The translations under genes and the position numbers were made by a program. The notes beneath the pieces are model-generated. The model was not told where the DNA came from. It ran no database searches and saw nothing but the letters and a program-made list of their open reading frames with translations. From an uncultured delta proteobacterium (GTDB taxonomy: Bacteria > Desulfobacterota > BSN033 > UBA1163), in the NCBI GenBank assembly GCA_963765435.1, contig CAVXWK010000002.1:1561664-1625663 (forward strand): 64,000 bases of DNA, written 5' to 3'. Of the stretch, positions 46,683 through 56,992 are shown in pieces (position 1 is the first letter of the stretch; each line of letters starts with the position of its first letter).

Positions 46683-48209
46683 ATGACCAAAAACTTTATT
46701 GAGTTCTTCAAGACCCTTAACGAAAAGCAGGTGCTCCTACTCCTCATCGGGATTGTGTTTGGCTTAAGGCTTTATGCCGTCCTGATGGCACAAGGAATTG
46801 CCTTTGATAGCGCTGGTTATGGTTTCTGGGCAAGGGATTTTTTAAAGGGCCATTTTGCAAAAGGATTATCTTCACCTGCCCCCCCTCTTTATCCATTCCT
46901 GATCTCCTTGGTGTCACCGGATACAACTCATGTTGAAATAGCGGGGAGATTGCTCTCTCTTTTTTTTGGGACTCTTGCCGTCATTCCATTATTCTATTTA
47001 ATTAAAGGAGCGGTCGGCCAAAAAGAAGCCTTTGTTTCGGCGGTTTTCTATGCTTTCCATCCCTATTTGGTCGCTTATTCGGGAACGCTCCTCACGGAAG
47101 CCACTTATTGGGGATTGCTGGTTTTATCGGTCTATTTTTTTTGGACGGGGCTGAAAAAAGAGAAAGCATGGAGGATGGCGTTGTCAGGATGCTTTCTGGG
47201 CCTGGCCTATCTCACGAGGCCAGAGGGAATTGGTTACGTTTTGGTTTATCTGGTCTGGATCATTGTAGAAGGGGTTCTCAGAAAGAAATGGTCAAAAAAA
47301 TTGATTCTGATGGGGGTCCTCATCCCGAGCGTTCTTGTTTTTGTCATCCCTTACGTCTTCTATATCCATCAAGAGACAGGCCAATGGTTGATTAGTAAAA
47401 AGGCTGTGGCACAACAATCTCAATTTTTAGGAAGGGGCGCGGGGGAGGGGGACTCTTCAAGAGGCATTGAGCAAAATAAGTCCTTAGAAAAGAATTCTAA
47501 AATCCGAATGATCATTGGAAACATCGTTAAATATATCCCTCATGTAACCTACCACTATCTAAGGGCCTACCACTTTTCATTGTGGCTGTTTCTATTTTTT
47601 GGGTTAATAAGGGTCAGGAGAAAGGTCATCGCCTATGAATTATTCTTAGCTTCTCTGGTTCTTTTTCACCTATTTTCTATATCCATCTTTAACCCTTCAA
47701 CGACCCGGTTTTCAATTCCAGTCATTCCCCTCTCCCTCTTTTGGGCTGGTACTGGTGTTTTTGAAATTAAAAGATATTTGGAGAAAATCAGCATATGGAA
47801 TCCAGAGAAGGTGACTTTCTTGTTGATTATTGTCGTAATCCTAACCCAATTGCCCGCGGACTTGAAGCCGGAGAGAGGATTTCGTGCATGGAGAAAAGAA
47901 ATCGGATTGTGGTTAAAACAAAATACTCCCCAGGATGCTATCATTATGAGCAACAGGCCTCAAGAAGTATTTTATGCTGACCGAGAGTTCAGGCTTTTAC
48001 CCCTGGGCATTTCGCACCGCGGGATTCCTGGCAAGTCGTATAGCGAGATCATCGAATATGCAAGAGCAATAGGGGTTCGATATATCCTCATTGACAAAAA
48101 CACTTATGAAACGAATCCGGACTTTATCGAGTCCATTCGATCAAAGGATTTAAAAGAAGTGTTTAGAAAAGCGGACCGGGGATTGATTATCTACGAGGTG
48201 ATCTATTGA
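46683..48209 (+). CDS. GT-C fold membrane glycosyltransferase (ArnT/PMT, GT39/GT83-like)
   Basis: 508 aa, polytopic, with a first-loop acidic motif (IAFDSAGYGFWARDF) and a soluble C-terminal domain. Confidence 0.65.
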   Translation: MTKNFIEFFKTLNEKQVLLLLIGIVFGLRLYAVLMAQGIAFDSAGYGFWARDFLKGHFAKGLSSPAPPLYPFLISLVSPDTTHVEIAGRLLSLFFGTLAVIPLFYLIKGAVGQKEAFVSAVFYAFHPYLVAYSGTLLTEATYWGLLVLSVYFFWTGLKKEKAWRMALSGCFLGLAYLTRPEGIGYVLVYLVWIIVEGVLRKKWSKKLILMGVLIPSVLVFVIPYVFYIHQETGQWLISKKAVAQQSQFLGRGAGEGDSSRGIEQNKSLEKNSKIRMIIGNIVKYIPHVTYHYLRAYHFSLWLFLFFGLIRVRRKVIAYELFLASLVLFHLFSISIFNPSTTRFSIPVIPLSLFWAGTGVFEIKRYLEKISIWNPEKVTFLLIIVVILTQLPADLKPERGFRAWRKEIGLWLKQNTPQDAIIMSNRPQEVFYADREFRLLPLGISHRGIPGKSYSEIIEYARAIGVRYILIDKNTYETNPDFIESIRSKDLKEVFRKADRGLIIYEVIY

Positions 48210-49498
48210 AACTCTTAAAATTAAAGGATGAGTTTTTTAAAAATACAGGATTGATGTTTGTTGGCTTCGGCCTCTTCAGCGTTTTTACTCTCCTGTATCA
48301 TTTTTTTATGATAAGAGCCCTATCCCCGATCGATTACGGGCACCTTAATACACTGACCGCCTTCTTTATGCTCATCACTGCCCCAGCCAATACGGTTCAG
48401 ACGACGATTGCAAGATTTGTCACTTCCTCTCAAGCGAAGTCTCAATATTTTCAAGCGAGAGGCTTCCTTCGGCACTTTCTCTTGCTTATGGTGACCATAG
48501 CTTCCTCAGTATTTATATTGATAGCTCTGGGAAGCTCTTTCCTCTCCTCTTTTTTTCAAATCACTTCGCGAGGTTTGATTATTGTCACAGGAATTGTTCT
48601 TTTTTTTGCCTTTGTGACTCCCGTGTCAAGTGGAGGGCTACAAGGTTTGCAAAAATTTGGTTCCTTAGCTTTCACGTTCTTTATGAATGGAGGGCTTAAA
48701 CTTATCCTGGGCATTCTTTTCGTCCTTTTGGGGTGGGGGTTGTTAGGTGCAATGGGTGCCGTCGCACTTGCCTATTTCGTCACGGCCTTTTTTTCTTTCT
48801 CACTATTGTATTTTTCCTTAAAAACGCCATGGGAAAAGGTTTACGAAAAAGAGGACCTCATCGGTAATAGTCCTCCGAATCTCTTTGAAGCCTACCAATA
48901 TGTTTTTCCAGTCGGATTGACCCTATTGTGCTTCATGGTTCTCACGAACGTCGATTTAATCTTGGTAAAACATTTTTTTACACCCATCGAGGCAGGCTAT
49001 TATTCGATTGCCCAGATGGTTGGTAAAATTATTCTCGTGCTTCCTATTCCCATGGTCACGGTGATGTTTCCTAGTCTTTTCTCATCCGAGGGTCAGGAGA
49101 AAAAGACACGCTCAATTTTAGAAAGGAACCTCAAAATTGCTGGTATTCTTTGTGGTGGAGGTACCCTGTGCTCCTTTATCTTCCCATCGGCAATTATCAA
49201 GATCTTGAGTGGGAAGATTTACTCAGAATGCCTGCCTCTGGTGGGAATGTTTTCTGTCAATATGGCCTTTTTCTCGCTTACCTTAATTTTACTTTATTAT
49301 CATCTCTTCACCTCCAGAAGGGAGTTTCTTTACCCGCTTTTGCTATTCACCTTGATGGAGGTCGGCCTAATACTATTATTTCATGACACGTTGGTTCAGG
49401 TTCTTACGGTCGTTGGCATTGTTGCGTTCTGCTTAGCCTTAATAAACTTCTATCTGATTTACCGTTCTTATCCAGGGAAGGGAAAGGAATTGGTTTAG
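48206..49498 (+). CDS. wzx: Wzx-type oligosaccharide flippase (MOP superfamily)
   Basis: 430 aa with about 12 predicted TM segments. The N-terminus (FKNTGLMFVGFGLFSVFTLLYHFFMIRALSPIDYG) is typical of polysaccharide biosynthesis/flippase proteins. Confidence 0.7.
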   Translation: MKLLKLKDEFFKNTGLMFVGFGLFSVFTLLYHFFMIRALSPIDYGHLNTLTAFFMLITAPANTVQTTIARFVTSSQAKSQYFQARGFLRHFLLLMVTIASSVFILIALGSSFLSSFFQITSRGLIIVTGIVLFFAFVTPVSSGGLQGLQKFGSLAFTFFMNGGLKLILGILFVLLGWGLLGAMGAVALAYFVTAFFSFSLLYFSLKTPWEKVYEKEDLIGNSPPNLFEAYQYVFPVGLTLLCFMVLTNVDLILVKHFFTPIEAGYYSIAQMVGKIILVLPIPMVTVMFPSLFSSEGQEKKTRSILERNLKIAGILCGGGTLCSFIFPSAIIKILSGKIYSECLPLVGMFSVNMAFFSLTLILLYYHLFTSRREFLYPLLLFTLMEVGLILLFHDTLVQVLTVVGIVAFCLALINFYLIYRSYPGKGKELV

Positions 49499-49510
49499 TC
49501 GAGCAAGACG

Positions 49511-50578
49511 ATGAAGGGTAGAGGTTCTTGGAAAATTCGGGACGGAAATAAGTTGGATATGGAAGGGATTTTATCCCTAAGGGGAATCGTTTTTAAAGAA
49601 GAAGAAAGGGATAAACTGGATCCGAGATTCTGGCAGTGGGAATTCATAGATGGGCCGGCTGGAAAGGCCTTTATATACATCGTAGAAGATCATAACAAGA
49701 TTATCGGTCACTTTGCGGATACTCCAAGGCGCTTTTCCGTCCAAGGAGAAACAGTTCTCGGAACTCTTTCTCTCGATTTGATGGTTCATCCGGATTACTG
49801 GAGAAAGGGTATTTTTGCGGCCATGGGAAGATATGGAGCGCTGCGAGTCAAACAGGGGAATGGACTCTTTATGACAGCTTTCCCGATACGGTTAGAGACC
49901 ATCCTTGGGCTGAGAAAAATTGGTTGGAAGGACGTGGTGAAGCTTCCTGTCCTGGTTTACCCGATAAGATTTCACGGCATTTTAAACCGATACTTCCATT
50001 TCCCACCTCTGAGTCTTCTGGCAGGAGGGGTCGCAAGATTCTTCTACGTTCTCTTCTTCGGATGGAAAAAGAAAAGGGAAATGGATGGAATTGAGATAGA
50101 AAAAGTAGACGGATTTGATGACCGGTTCAATGAGTTTTGGCAAAAGGCGTTATCACTTTACCCCATCATGGGAGTCCGGAACGGGGATTATTTGACCTGG
50201 AGATATCTTCGGCACCCAACGCGAACCTATACGATCTATCGAGCAAAAAAAAGTGGAGAGGTGAGGGGATATATTGTCTTGCGAAAGGTCGAACTCCTCA
50301 ACTTCAACAGCGCTGTCATCGTGGATTTATTGGCATTGGATGAGGCGACGCTTACGGCGCTCGTGGAAGAAGGAATTCAACACAGCCAACGGGAAGGAAC
50401 TGATCTTTTGGCATTCATGGTCCCCCAAGGCCATCGTTATGATAAAATTCTTCGGGAAAGAGGATTTCTCCCAAGCCCTAAAACTTTTCAATTTATGGTC
50501 TATTTCCATTCGAAAAGAGAAATGTTAAATTCTCCAGAGAAGTGGTATGTCAACTGGGGTGATACCAATGTCATTTAA
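49511..50578 (+). CDS. GNAT-family acyltransferase (two-domain)
   Basis: LMVHPDYWRKGIFAAMGRYG resembles GNAT motif A. The call is supported by overall size and context only. Confidence 0.5.
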   Translation: MKGRGSWKIRDGNKLDMEGILSLRGIVFKEEERDKLDPRFWQWEFIDGPAGKAFIYIVEDHNKIIGHFADTPRRFSVQGETVLGTLSLDLMVHPDYWRKGIFAAMGRYGALRVKQGNGLFMTAFPIRLETILGLRKIGWKDVVKLPVLVYPIRFHGILNRYFHFPPLSLLAGGVARFFYVLFFGWKKKREMDGIEIEKVDGFDDRFNEFWQKALSLYPIMGVRNGDYLTWRYLRHPTRTYTIYRAKKSGEVRGYIVLRKVELLNFNSAVIVDLLALDEATLTALVEEGIQHSQREGTDLLAFMVPQGHRYDKILRERGFLPSPKTFQFMVYFHSKREMLNSPEKWYVNWGDTNVI

Positions 50579-50624
50579 GGGTGGACCCGCTCTGACGATA
50601 GGGGTTCAAGGGGAAGAAGCGCGG

Positions 50625-51368
50625 ATGCAGTCGGCTAAAATCGAGGGGGCTAATACGTCGATGAGACGAAGTCAGAGGTTCTTTAATAAGGTTTCTTCCC
50701 ATTACCAAGATCTCTTCAGGCAGAGGATCACCTCGGAGAAGTTCAATGCCCGTAAGGCTATTGTCGAACCTCGGATAGGAGAAAGGGTGCTGGATGTAGG
50801 GAATGGGGGTGTGAGAGGGATCTATCCCCCTCAGACCTCCTTTTATGTAGGCACCGATTTCAGTTTGGAAATGTTGAAGAAAGGAGAGGATAGAACTTAC
50901 TATAAAGTTTGCGGGGACGCGATCAACCTACCTTTCAAGCAGGGGGGCTTCGATACCATTTTGTATTTCTATTTATTACACCACCTGGCCCAAGGAAGTA
51001 CAGAGGAAACCATGGAAGCGGTAAAGAAGGCTCTCAGAGAAGGTTTTCTCTGCCTGAAGACGGGGGGAAACGTCATTATCGCCGAGACCTGCGTTCCTTC
51101 TTTTCTGGAAAAAGTGGAGAGGGCTTTCTTTTTCATTCTCAAAATCTTCTTATTTTTTACGAGACAATCAGAGATTTTTCTCTTCTCCGCCGTGACGCTG
51201 ACTCGAATTTTGAGCCAATGTGGTTACAAACAAATAAAGACTTGGGAAATCTCCAAAGAAAAAGAGAGTCCGTGGGCGTGGGTCCCTATTTCTATTTTGT
51301 TCACCCATCTCAAGATCCCGAGATGGACGAATCCTTCGAGAACCATGATCTTCGAGGTAAGAAATTGA
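50625..51368 (+). CDS. Class I SAM-dependent methyltransferase with hydrophobic C-terminal segment
   Basis: VLDVGNGGV, GDAINLPFKQGGFDTILYFYLLHHL and GGNVIIAE. I chose the internal ATG at 50625 to avoid overlap with the GNAT gene. Confidence 0.65.
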   Translation: MQSAKIEGANTSMRRSQRFFNKVSSHYQDLFRQRITSEKFNARKAIVEPRIGERVLDVGNGGVRGIYPPQTSFYVGTDFSLEMLKKGEDRTYYKVCGDAINLPFKQGGFDTILYFYLLHHLAQGSTEETMEAVKKALREGFLCLKTGGNVIIAETCVPSFLEKVERAFFFILKIFLFFTRQSEIFLFSAVTLTRILSQCGYKQIKTWEISKEKESPWAWVPISILFTHLKIPRWTNPSRTMIFEVRN

Positions 51369-51388
51369 AATTCTATGAGAGGCCTTCG

Positions 51389-52228
51389 ATGGAAAGAATC
51401 AATGCATTATCGATCGATTTAGAGGAATGGTATCACTCCGAACTGGTAGAAGGGAGAAGGTCCTCTTTCTCGCAGGCTGAGGAGGCTACGAAACCCATTC
51501 TTGACCTTCTGGACCGATATCAAACGAAAGCTTCCTTCTTTGTTGTGGGGGAGGTAGCCGAGCAAAATCCTTTCCTCATTCAGTCAATTTTTGAAAAAGG
51601 GCATGAGATTGGTTGTCACACTTTTTCTCACAAACTTGTATGGAACTTGGACGAAAGCTTGTTCCGGGAGGAGCTTGAACGTTTTCATGCGGTGATGGGA
51701 AAAATTCTGGGAGAGGTCAAGATTAAAGGGTTCCGTGCTCCGTGTTTTTCTATTGATAACCGCAACAAATGGGCGCTGAAGGTTCTTTTGGATTTTGGAT
51801 ACCAATATGATGCGAGCATTTTCCCTTTGAAGATAAATCCTCTTTATGGAGTCAGTGGGGCACCCACGCGACCATATCGTATCTCTTTTGAAGATGTAAG
51901 AAAAGAGAATCCCCAGAGTTCCCTCATGGAGTTTCCTTTGTGCCCATTGATGATCGGAAGGTTGAAGATTCCCATTTCGGGAGGATTTTACTTGAGAGCT
52001 TTGCCGTCCTCCTTCCTCTACTGGGGATTGAAAAGAATCAATCGAACTCAACCATTTTTGCTTTATTTTCACCCCTGGGAAGGTTACGACAAGACGCCTC
52101 GGTTTAAGCTCCCTCTTTACAATCGTGTTATTTCGTACTACGGTATCTCTTCTGCGTTGAGGAAATTCGAATTTCTTTTGGAACATTTTAGATTCACGAG
52201 AGTTGATCAGGTCCTCGGTTTAATGTAG
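51389..52228 (+). CDS. Polysaccharide deacetylase (NodB-like, DUF3473/XrtA-locus type)
   Basis: INALSIDLEEWYH, KASFFVVGEVAEQNP and GHEIGCHTFSH. The long N-terminal extension of the 50909 ORF overlaps the methyltransferase and is rejected. Confidence 0.75.
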   Translation: MERINALSIDLEEWYHSELVEGRRSSFSQAEEATKPILDLLDRYQTKASFFVVGEVAEQNPFLIQSIFEKGHEIGCHTFSHKLVWNLDESLFREELERFHAVMGKILGEVKIKGFRAPCFSIDNRNKWALKVLLDFGYQYDASIFPLKINPLYGVSGAPTRPYRISFEDVRKENPQSSLMEFPLCPLMIGRLKIPISGGFYLRALPSSFLYWGLKRINRTQPFLLYFHPWEGYDKTPRFKLPLYNRVISYYGISSALRKFEFLLEHFRFTRVDQVLGLM

Positions 52229-52235
52229 GAAGAAA

Positions 52236-53264
52236 ATGAACCCTCAACCGCTATTATCCGTGATCATTCCTAACTGGAACGGTAAACATTTCTTGGGTGA
52301 ATGTATTGATTCCTTGAGGGAGCAGACGTTTCATGATTTTGAAACCATTCTAGTCGACAATGGGTCCACGGACGGTTCAGCTGAGTTTGCTGAGAAACGT
52401 TATGGTGACTTTATCCGAACCATTCGGAATAAGAAAAACCTCGGTTTTACGGGAGGAAATAATGTCGGCATCGAAGCCGCCAGGGGGGAATATATTGTCC
52501 TCTTGAATAACGACACGTGGGCAGAGCCCACCTGGCTCGAGGAATTGGCCAAAGCCACCTCCCCAGACCGTCCCATTGGAATGTGGGCCTCGAAAGTTTA
52601 CTCCTATTATAAGAGAAATCAAATCGAGGCGGTTGGCGAACTCATTTACTGGGATGGGTTGAGCCGATCACGGGGGCAATACGAGCTTGAGCGAGGGAAG
52701 TATGACGAGATCGAGGAAATTTTTTTCCCTCCCGGATGTGGTGGCATGTATCGGAAGGCGGTCTTTGAGGAAATTGGTCTTTTTGATGAAGAGTTTTTTG
52801 CTTATGCCGATGATGCGGAGATAGGGATTCGTGCTCGATTGGCGGGTTGGAAAGGCCTATATGTTCCAAGGGCCGTCATCTATCACAAGAATTCTGGCAC
52901 CGGAGGCCAGTATTCACCTTTCAAGGCTTTCTATGTCGAGAGGAATCGCTTCTGGATCACCATCAAATATTTTCCATTGCCTCTGCTGCTCCTCAGTCCA
53001 TTTTTTACTTTCTATCGGTTTATTTTCCAGGCCTATGGTGCCCTCACACATCGGGGGGCAGCCGGTAAATTCACAAAAAACTATTCTCCCTGGAGATTAA
53101 TATGGATTTTGATGAGGGCGTACGCATCGGCATTGCGGGGCTTTCCCCTTATGTGGAAGAAAAGAAGAACCTTGAAGGCATTGAGAAAGATTTCATACGG
53201 AGAAATATTTGCCTGGTTCAAGCGGTTTGGAATTGATGCTAGAGGGATCTCTCTTCGAGATTGA
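52236..53264 (+). CDS. GT2 glycosyltransferase
   Basis: LSVIIPNWNGKHFL, LVDNGSTDGS, LLNNDT and FFAYADDAEIGIR. Confidence 0.8.
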   Translation: MNPQPLLSVIIPNWNGKHFLGECIDSLREQTFHDFETILVDNGSTDGSAEFAEKRYGDFIRTIRNKKNLGFTGGNNVGIEAARGEYIVLLNNDTWAEPTWLEELAKATSPDRPIGMWASKVYSYYKRNQIEAVGELIYWDGLSRSRGQYELERGKYDEIEEIFFPPGCGGMYRKAVFEEIGLFDEEFFAYADDAEIGIRARLAGWKGLYVPRAVIYHKNSGTGGQYSPFKAFYVERNRFWITIKYFPLPLLLLSPFFTFYRFIFQAYGALTHRGAAGKFTKNYSPWRLIWILMRAYASALRGFPLMWKKRRTLKALRKISYGEIFAWFKRFGIDARGISLRD

Positions 53265-53296
53265 TCGGCGTTTATCAATTTCGGTTTGCCAAAATA

Positions 53297-53752
53297 ATGG
53301 GAAAGACTAAAAAGATTGGTCTCATCTGTTCCGCAGGGGGACATTATACGGAGATGCTGCAATTATGGGAGGCATTCGAAGCGTACCCAAAATTTCTATT
53401 GACCTATCGAGAGGTGACCACGATGAACCGAGAAGGCACCTATTATTTGGAAAACATCTTTAAGAGTCCGGCGGCCTTCATCAAAGGGGTAGTGAGAATA
53501 TTCATGATCCTTTTGAAGGAGAGACCGGGCATCCTCTTCTCGACGGGTTCTGAAATAGCCGCCCCTGCTTTCTACTTTGGGAAATTCCTCTTCCGGACTC
53601 GATTGGTCTATTTGGAATGCAGCGCCCAGGTCTATCGGCCTTCTTTGACCGGGAGATTTGTTTACCCGATTACGGATTTATTTTTGGTCCAATGGAAGCC
53701 CTTGCTGAAACAATACGGTCCTAAAGCGAAATATGTGGGAGGGCTTATATGA
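53297..53752 (+). CDS. Alg14-like / PssD-Cps14F-type glycosyltransferase membrane-anchoring subunit
   Basis: KKIGLICSAGGHYTEMLQL is the typical N-terminal pattern. The gene is paired with an Alg13-like gene that overlaps it by 4 nt. Confidence 0.7.
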   Translation: MGKTKKIGLICSAGGHYTEMLQLWEAFEAYPKFLLTYREVTTMNREGTYYLENIFKSPAAFIKGVVRIFMILLKERPGILFSTGSEIAAPAFYFGKFLFRTRLVYLECSAQVYRPSLTGRFVYPITDLFLVQWKPLLKQYGPKAKYVGGLI

Positions 53753-54237
53753 TTTTCGTCACAGTGGGCAACCATTATCAAGGGTTTGATCGTCTCATCA
53801 AACAAGTGGATGAGATTGCTTCCCGCACCTCCTATGATATTCTGATCCAGAAAGGTTATTCTTCTTATTGCCCTCGCAGCGCGCGGTATTTTGAATTCGT
53901 CCCCATCCAGACTGCCATGGAATATATTCGGACATCCGAGCTGGTGATTTCACATGCGGGGATTGGAACGATCATTCTGTGTAAAGAGTATGGAATTCCT
54001 CTCCTCATCTTTCCGCGAAGGAAGAAGCTTGGTGAACACGGGACAGACCATCAAATGGAAATTGCCAGGGCCATCGAGGAACGGAAGGATGATCACATCC
54101 TAATCGCCTACGAAGGAGACCAACTGGAGGCAAAAATCGCTGAGGTTCTGACCAAAAAAAAACCTGTTCCGGGAATAAATGTGGGGAGAGGCAATCTGAT
54201 CAGAGCTATTCAAGCATTCATCGAGGGTCAGAATTGA
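53749..54237 (+). CDS. Alg13-like / PssE-Cps14G-type glycosyltransferase catalytic subunit (GT28 C-domain)
   Basis: MIFVTVGNHYQGFDRLI and ISHAGIGTI. Confidence 0.7.
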   Translation: MIFVTVGNHYQGFDRLIKQVDEIASRTSYDILIQKGYSSYCPRSARYFEFVPIQTAMEYIRTSELVISHAGIGTIILCKEYGIPLLIFPRRKKLGEHGTDHQMEIARAIEERKDDHILIAYEGDQLEAKIAEVLTKKKPVPGINVGRGNLIRAIQAFIEGQN

Positions 54238-54261
54238 GAAAAACTTACGAGATAGGAGAAA

Positions 54262-54945
54262 ATGGAAAAACAGAAAATAGTTCAGAAGCAGTGGTATGAG
54301 AACAAGTCAACCCCAAAGGGAAGCGACATCATCGAGATCAGCACCCGTGATCATATCGAAAGGCTCAAACGTTTAGTCCCGGTTCGGTGGGGGGTGCTGA
54401 GTCTTAACTGCGGATGCGGAAATGGTTCTCAGAAGGATCTTTTTGGCCCTTCCGTTGGCGTGGATATTTCTTTCGAAAACATTCGTTCACTCGTGAAAGC
54501 AGGAGGTCAAGGGATCGTTGCCGATATGGAATTTCTTCCCTTTAGAGATCATGTCTTTGACTTGGTTTACGGATTTGGAATCCTTCACCACTTGAGTGAT
54601 ATCAAAAAGGGTGTTTCGGAAGCTTCTCGCGTCCTAAAAAAAGGAGGCTATGTTGGTTTTGGAGGAGAAAATAATGGGTTATGTCCTTTAGTCTATATCA
54701 TGAGTCTCCTTTATCGTAACTGGAGGATAGAAAAAGGATCCTATCGAATCCGAGAGGGGAATCTAAGAAAAATCTTTCAAGAGTTGGGGGTTAAAGAGTT
54801 CAAGATTTCAAAACAGGGCATGACCATCTATGGCATGGGTCGTGCTCTTTATCAGATTACAGCTGTTATGGAAAGGATCTTATCAAAAATTAAATCCCTT
54901 CAAACGCTTTCAGGATATTGTTATATGGCAGGCAAAAAAATGTAA
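54262..54945 (+). CDS. Class I SAM-dependent methyltransferase
   Basis: LSLNCGCGNG, ADMEFLPFRDHVFDLVYGFGILHHL and GGYVGF. Confidence 0.7.
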   Translation: MEKQKIVQKQWYENKSTPKGSDIIEISTRDHIERLKRLVPVRWGVLSLNCGCGNGSQKDLFGPSVGVDISFENIRSLVKAGGQGIVADMEFLPFRDHVFDLVYGFGILHHLSDIKKGVSEASRVLKKGGYVGFGGENNGLCPLVYIMSLLYRNWRIEKGSYRIREGNLRKIFQELGVKEFKISKQGMTIYGMGRALYQITAVMERILSKIKSLQTLSGYCYMAGKKM

Positions 54946-55251
54946 TGGAATTCCAGTTCATCCAAATAACTTTCAAGGGATATTGAAACAGTTGAATTTG
55001 TATGGCAACGTTGATCAGCAGATACTGTGGGGCAGGGACTATTCTAAACGCCCTGAAGTTTCAATTTGCCATCGTGGTCATTCCGAGGAGACATGAGTAT
55101 AGGGAACACGTTGATGAGCATCAGATAGAACTCGCGTAGCGGTTATTCGGGAACGGGTTGACAAAAGACGAACATGGTTCTGTAGCACAAAAATGAGTCA
55201 TCGGGATTCGAAGCCTTAGAAGCGACGTCATTTATCTCACACAGGGGACAC

Positions 55252-56889
55252 ATGGGGAAAGTGGTTATGATCGGTTTGGATGGAGCTCCTTTCGGGGTCA
55301 TCCAAAGATTGACGGAGGAAGGTATTCTCCCCAATATTAAAAAGTTGATTGAGGAAGGTGCTTTTGGTCCACTCTTGTCCTCTTACCTTCCCGAGACCCC
55401 GATTGCTTGGACTTCCATTATGACAGGGAAAAATGCAGGAAAGCATGGCGTCTACGATTGGGGGGAGAGAGCAGAAGGAAGTTATGATATTGGTGTGTCC
55501 CTTTCCCATTCCTGTAAGGAACCTCCCCTATGGCAGACCATTGGAGAGGAAGGGAAAGAAGTGGGAATCTTTAACCTGCCACTGACCTACCCCCCTAAGC
55601 CATTGAATGGATTTCTTGTTTCAGGATTCGATACCCCAAGCACAAAAGTTTGTTTCACGTATCCTGATTCCCTTTCAGATGACATCCGTTCACGGGTTAA
55701 AGATTATGTTTTGGCTGAACAGGAGGTCTATGCGCGGGGGTTTGAGAGAAAATACGTAGATGGTCTCCTCTATTCTCTTGAGAAGAAAGAAGCCGCAGCC
55801 CTGTATCTCATGGATCGATATGATGTGGATTTTTCTCTCTATGTGTTTATGGAAATTGACCATCTCCACCACAAGCTGTGGCGCCTCCTCGAAGAAGGTT
55901 CTGAAGAAGGAAAGAGATTATTTCAAGAAGTCTATCAGAGGATGGACGAGACGGTAGGGAAGATTATAAATCGATTCGACGAGGAGACGACATTTATCCT
56001 CGTTTCTGACCATGGTGCAGGACCACTGGAAGGCATCATGTTTATCAACAAATGGCTGATGGAGGAGGGATGGCTTAAACTGAAGAGAAAACCATCCCTT
56101 TATCTTAAATCGCTTTTGAGCAGGACGGACGTGTTCGTTAAAGGTTATCGACTGCTTTGCAAATTTGGACTGGGCAGGTTAGGAAAGTTGCTTCCAGCCT
56201 CTCTTCAGTATGATCTTGCCACTTCCTTCATTTCCTTTGGCGATGTTGATTGGAAACAGACGAAGGCTTATGCTTTCGGAACGTACGGTCAGATATTTGT
56301 CAACCTCAAAGGGAGAGAACCTCAGGGAATCGTCGCTCCTGGTGAAGAATATGAGCATCTTCTGAAAGAGATTAGCCAAAGACTTCTGGAACTTATGCAC
56401 CCAAGGACAGGGGAGAAGATGATCCAGGAGGTCTTACGGAAAGAAGAACTTTATCAGGGGCCTATGTTAATAAAGGCACCTGATCTTTCCTTCGCGATTA
56501 AGGATTATTGTTATGATTCCTCGGTCCAATTCGGATTAGGGGTCAAGGGAATTTTGGGCATGCCGGCGTTTGAGGACTCTGGGACCCACCGCCGGGAAGG
56601 CATTTTGATTGCCCATGGGAAGGGGATTAAGCGCGGTTTCGACATTAAGGGAGTCACCTTGGTTGATATTGCTCCAACTGCTCTTCATCTTTTAGATCTA
56701 CCCATTCCGATCGATATGGATGGAAAAGTCTCGTCGACCATGTTTAAAGAAGACTGGATGAAGAGCCATCCGATCGGCTATAAAGAAAAGGATTCCAAGA
56801 ATTTATTCTCAGAGACCAGAACGGAACTTTCACACGAGGAGACGGAAATGGTGAAGAAGAGGCTTCGAGGCTTGGGATATCTGGATTAA
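55252..56889 (+). CDS. Alkaline-phosphatase-superfamily protein (type I phosphodiesterase/nucleotide pyrophosphatase family)
   Basis: VVMIGLDGAPFGV, TPIAWTSIMTGKNAGKHGV and ILVSDHGAGP. It is a paralog of 60282-61640. Confidence 0.75.
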   Translation: MGKVVMIGLDGAPFGVIQRLTEEGILPNIKKLIEEGAFGPLLSSYLPETPIAWTSIMTGKNAGKHGVYDWGERAEGSYDIGVSLSHSCKEPPLWQTIGEEGKEVGIFNLPLTYPPKPLNGFLVSGFDTPSTKVCFTYPDSLSDDIRSRVKDYVLAEQEVYARGFERKYVDGLLYSLEKKEAAALYLMDRYDVDFSLYVFMEIDHLHHKLWRLLEEGSEEGKRLFQEVYQRMDETVGKIINRFDEETTFILVSDHGAGPLEGIMFINKWLMEEGWLKLKRKPSLYLKSLLSRTDVFVKGYRLLCKFGLGRLGKLLPASLQYDLATSFISFGDVDWKQTKAYAFGTYGQIFVNLKGREPQGIVAPGEEYEHLLKEISQRLLELMHPRTGEKMIQEVLRKEELYQGPMLIKAPDLSFAIKDYCYDSSVQFGLGVKGILGMPAFEDSGTHRREGILIAHGKGIKRGFDIKGVTLVDIAPTALHLLDLPIPIDMDGKVSSTMFKEDWMKSHPIGYKEKDSKNLFSETRTELSHEETEMVKKRLRGLGYLD

Positions 56890-56992
56890 GCCTATGAGGA
56901 TTCTGGTTGTTTATCCACAGTTAGCTATTACTATTCCCCCTGTTCACAAAATCAGGGAAAACAGTGCATCCCAAGAAAAGGAATGATTAAAT

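Noticed and set aside
50909-51388. Long N-terminal extension of the 439-aa ORF, overlapping the methyltransferase in another frame
   Set aside because: The extension is Arg/Gly/Ser-rich and motif-free, and it overlaps a well-supported methyltransferase frame. Deacetylase similarity begins only at MERINALSIDLEEWYH (51389).
54946-55251. 306-bp gap before the AP-family gene, searched for a gene remnant, tRNA or promoter
   Set aside because: There is no convincing protein similarity in any frame and no cloverleaf. A TTGACA at about 55168 lacks a credible -10. The gap is left unannotated.
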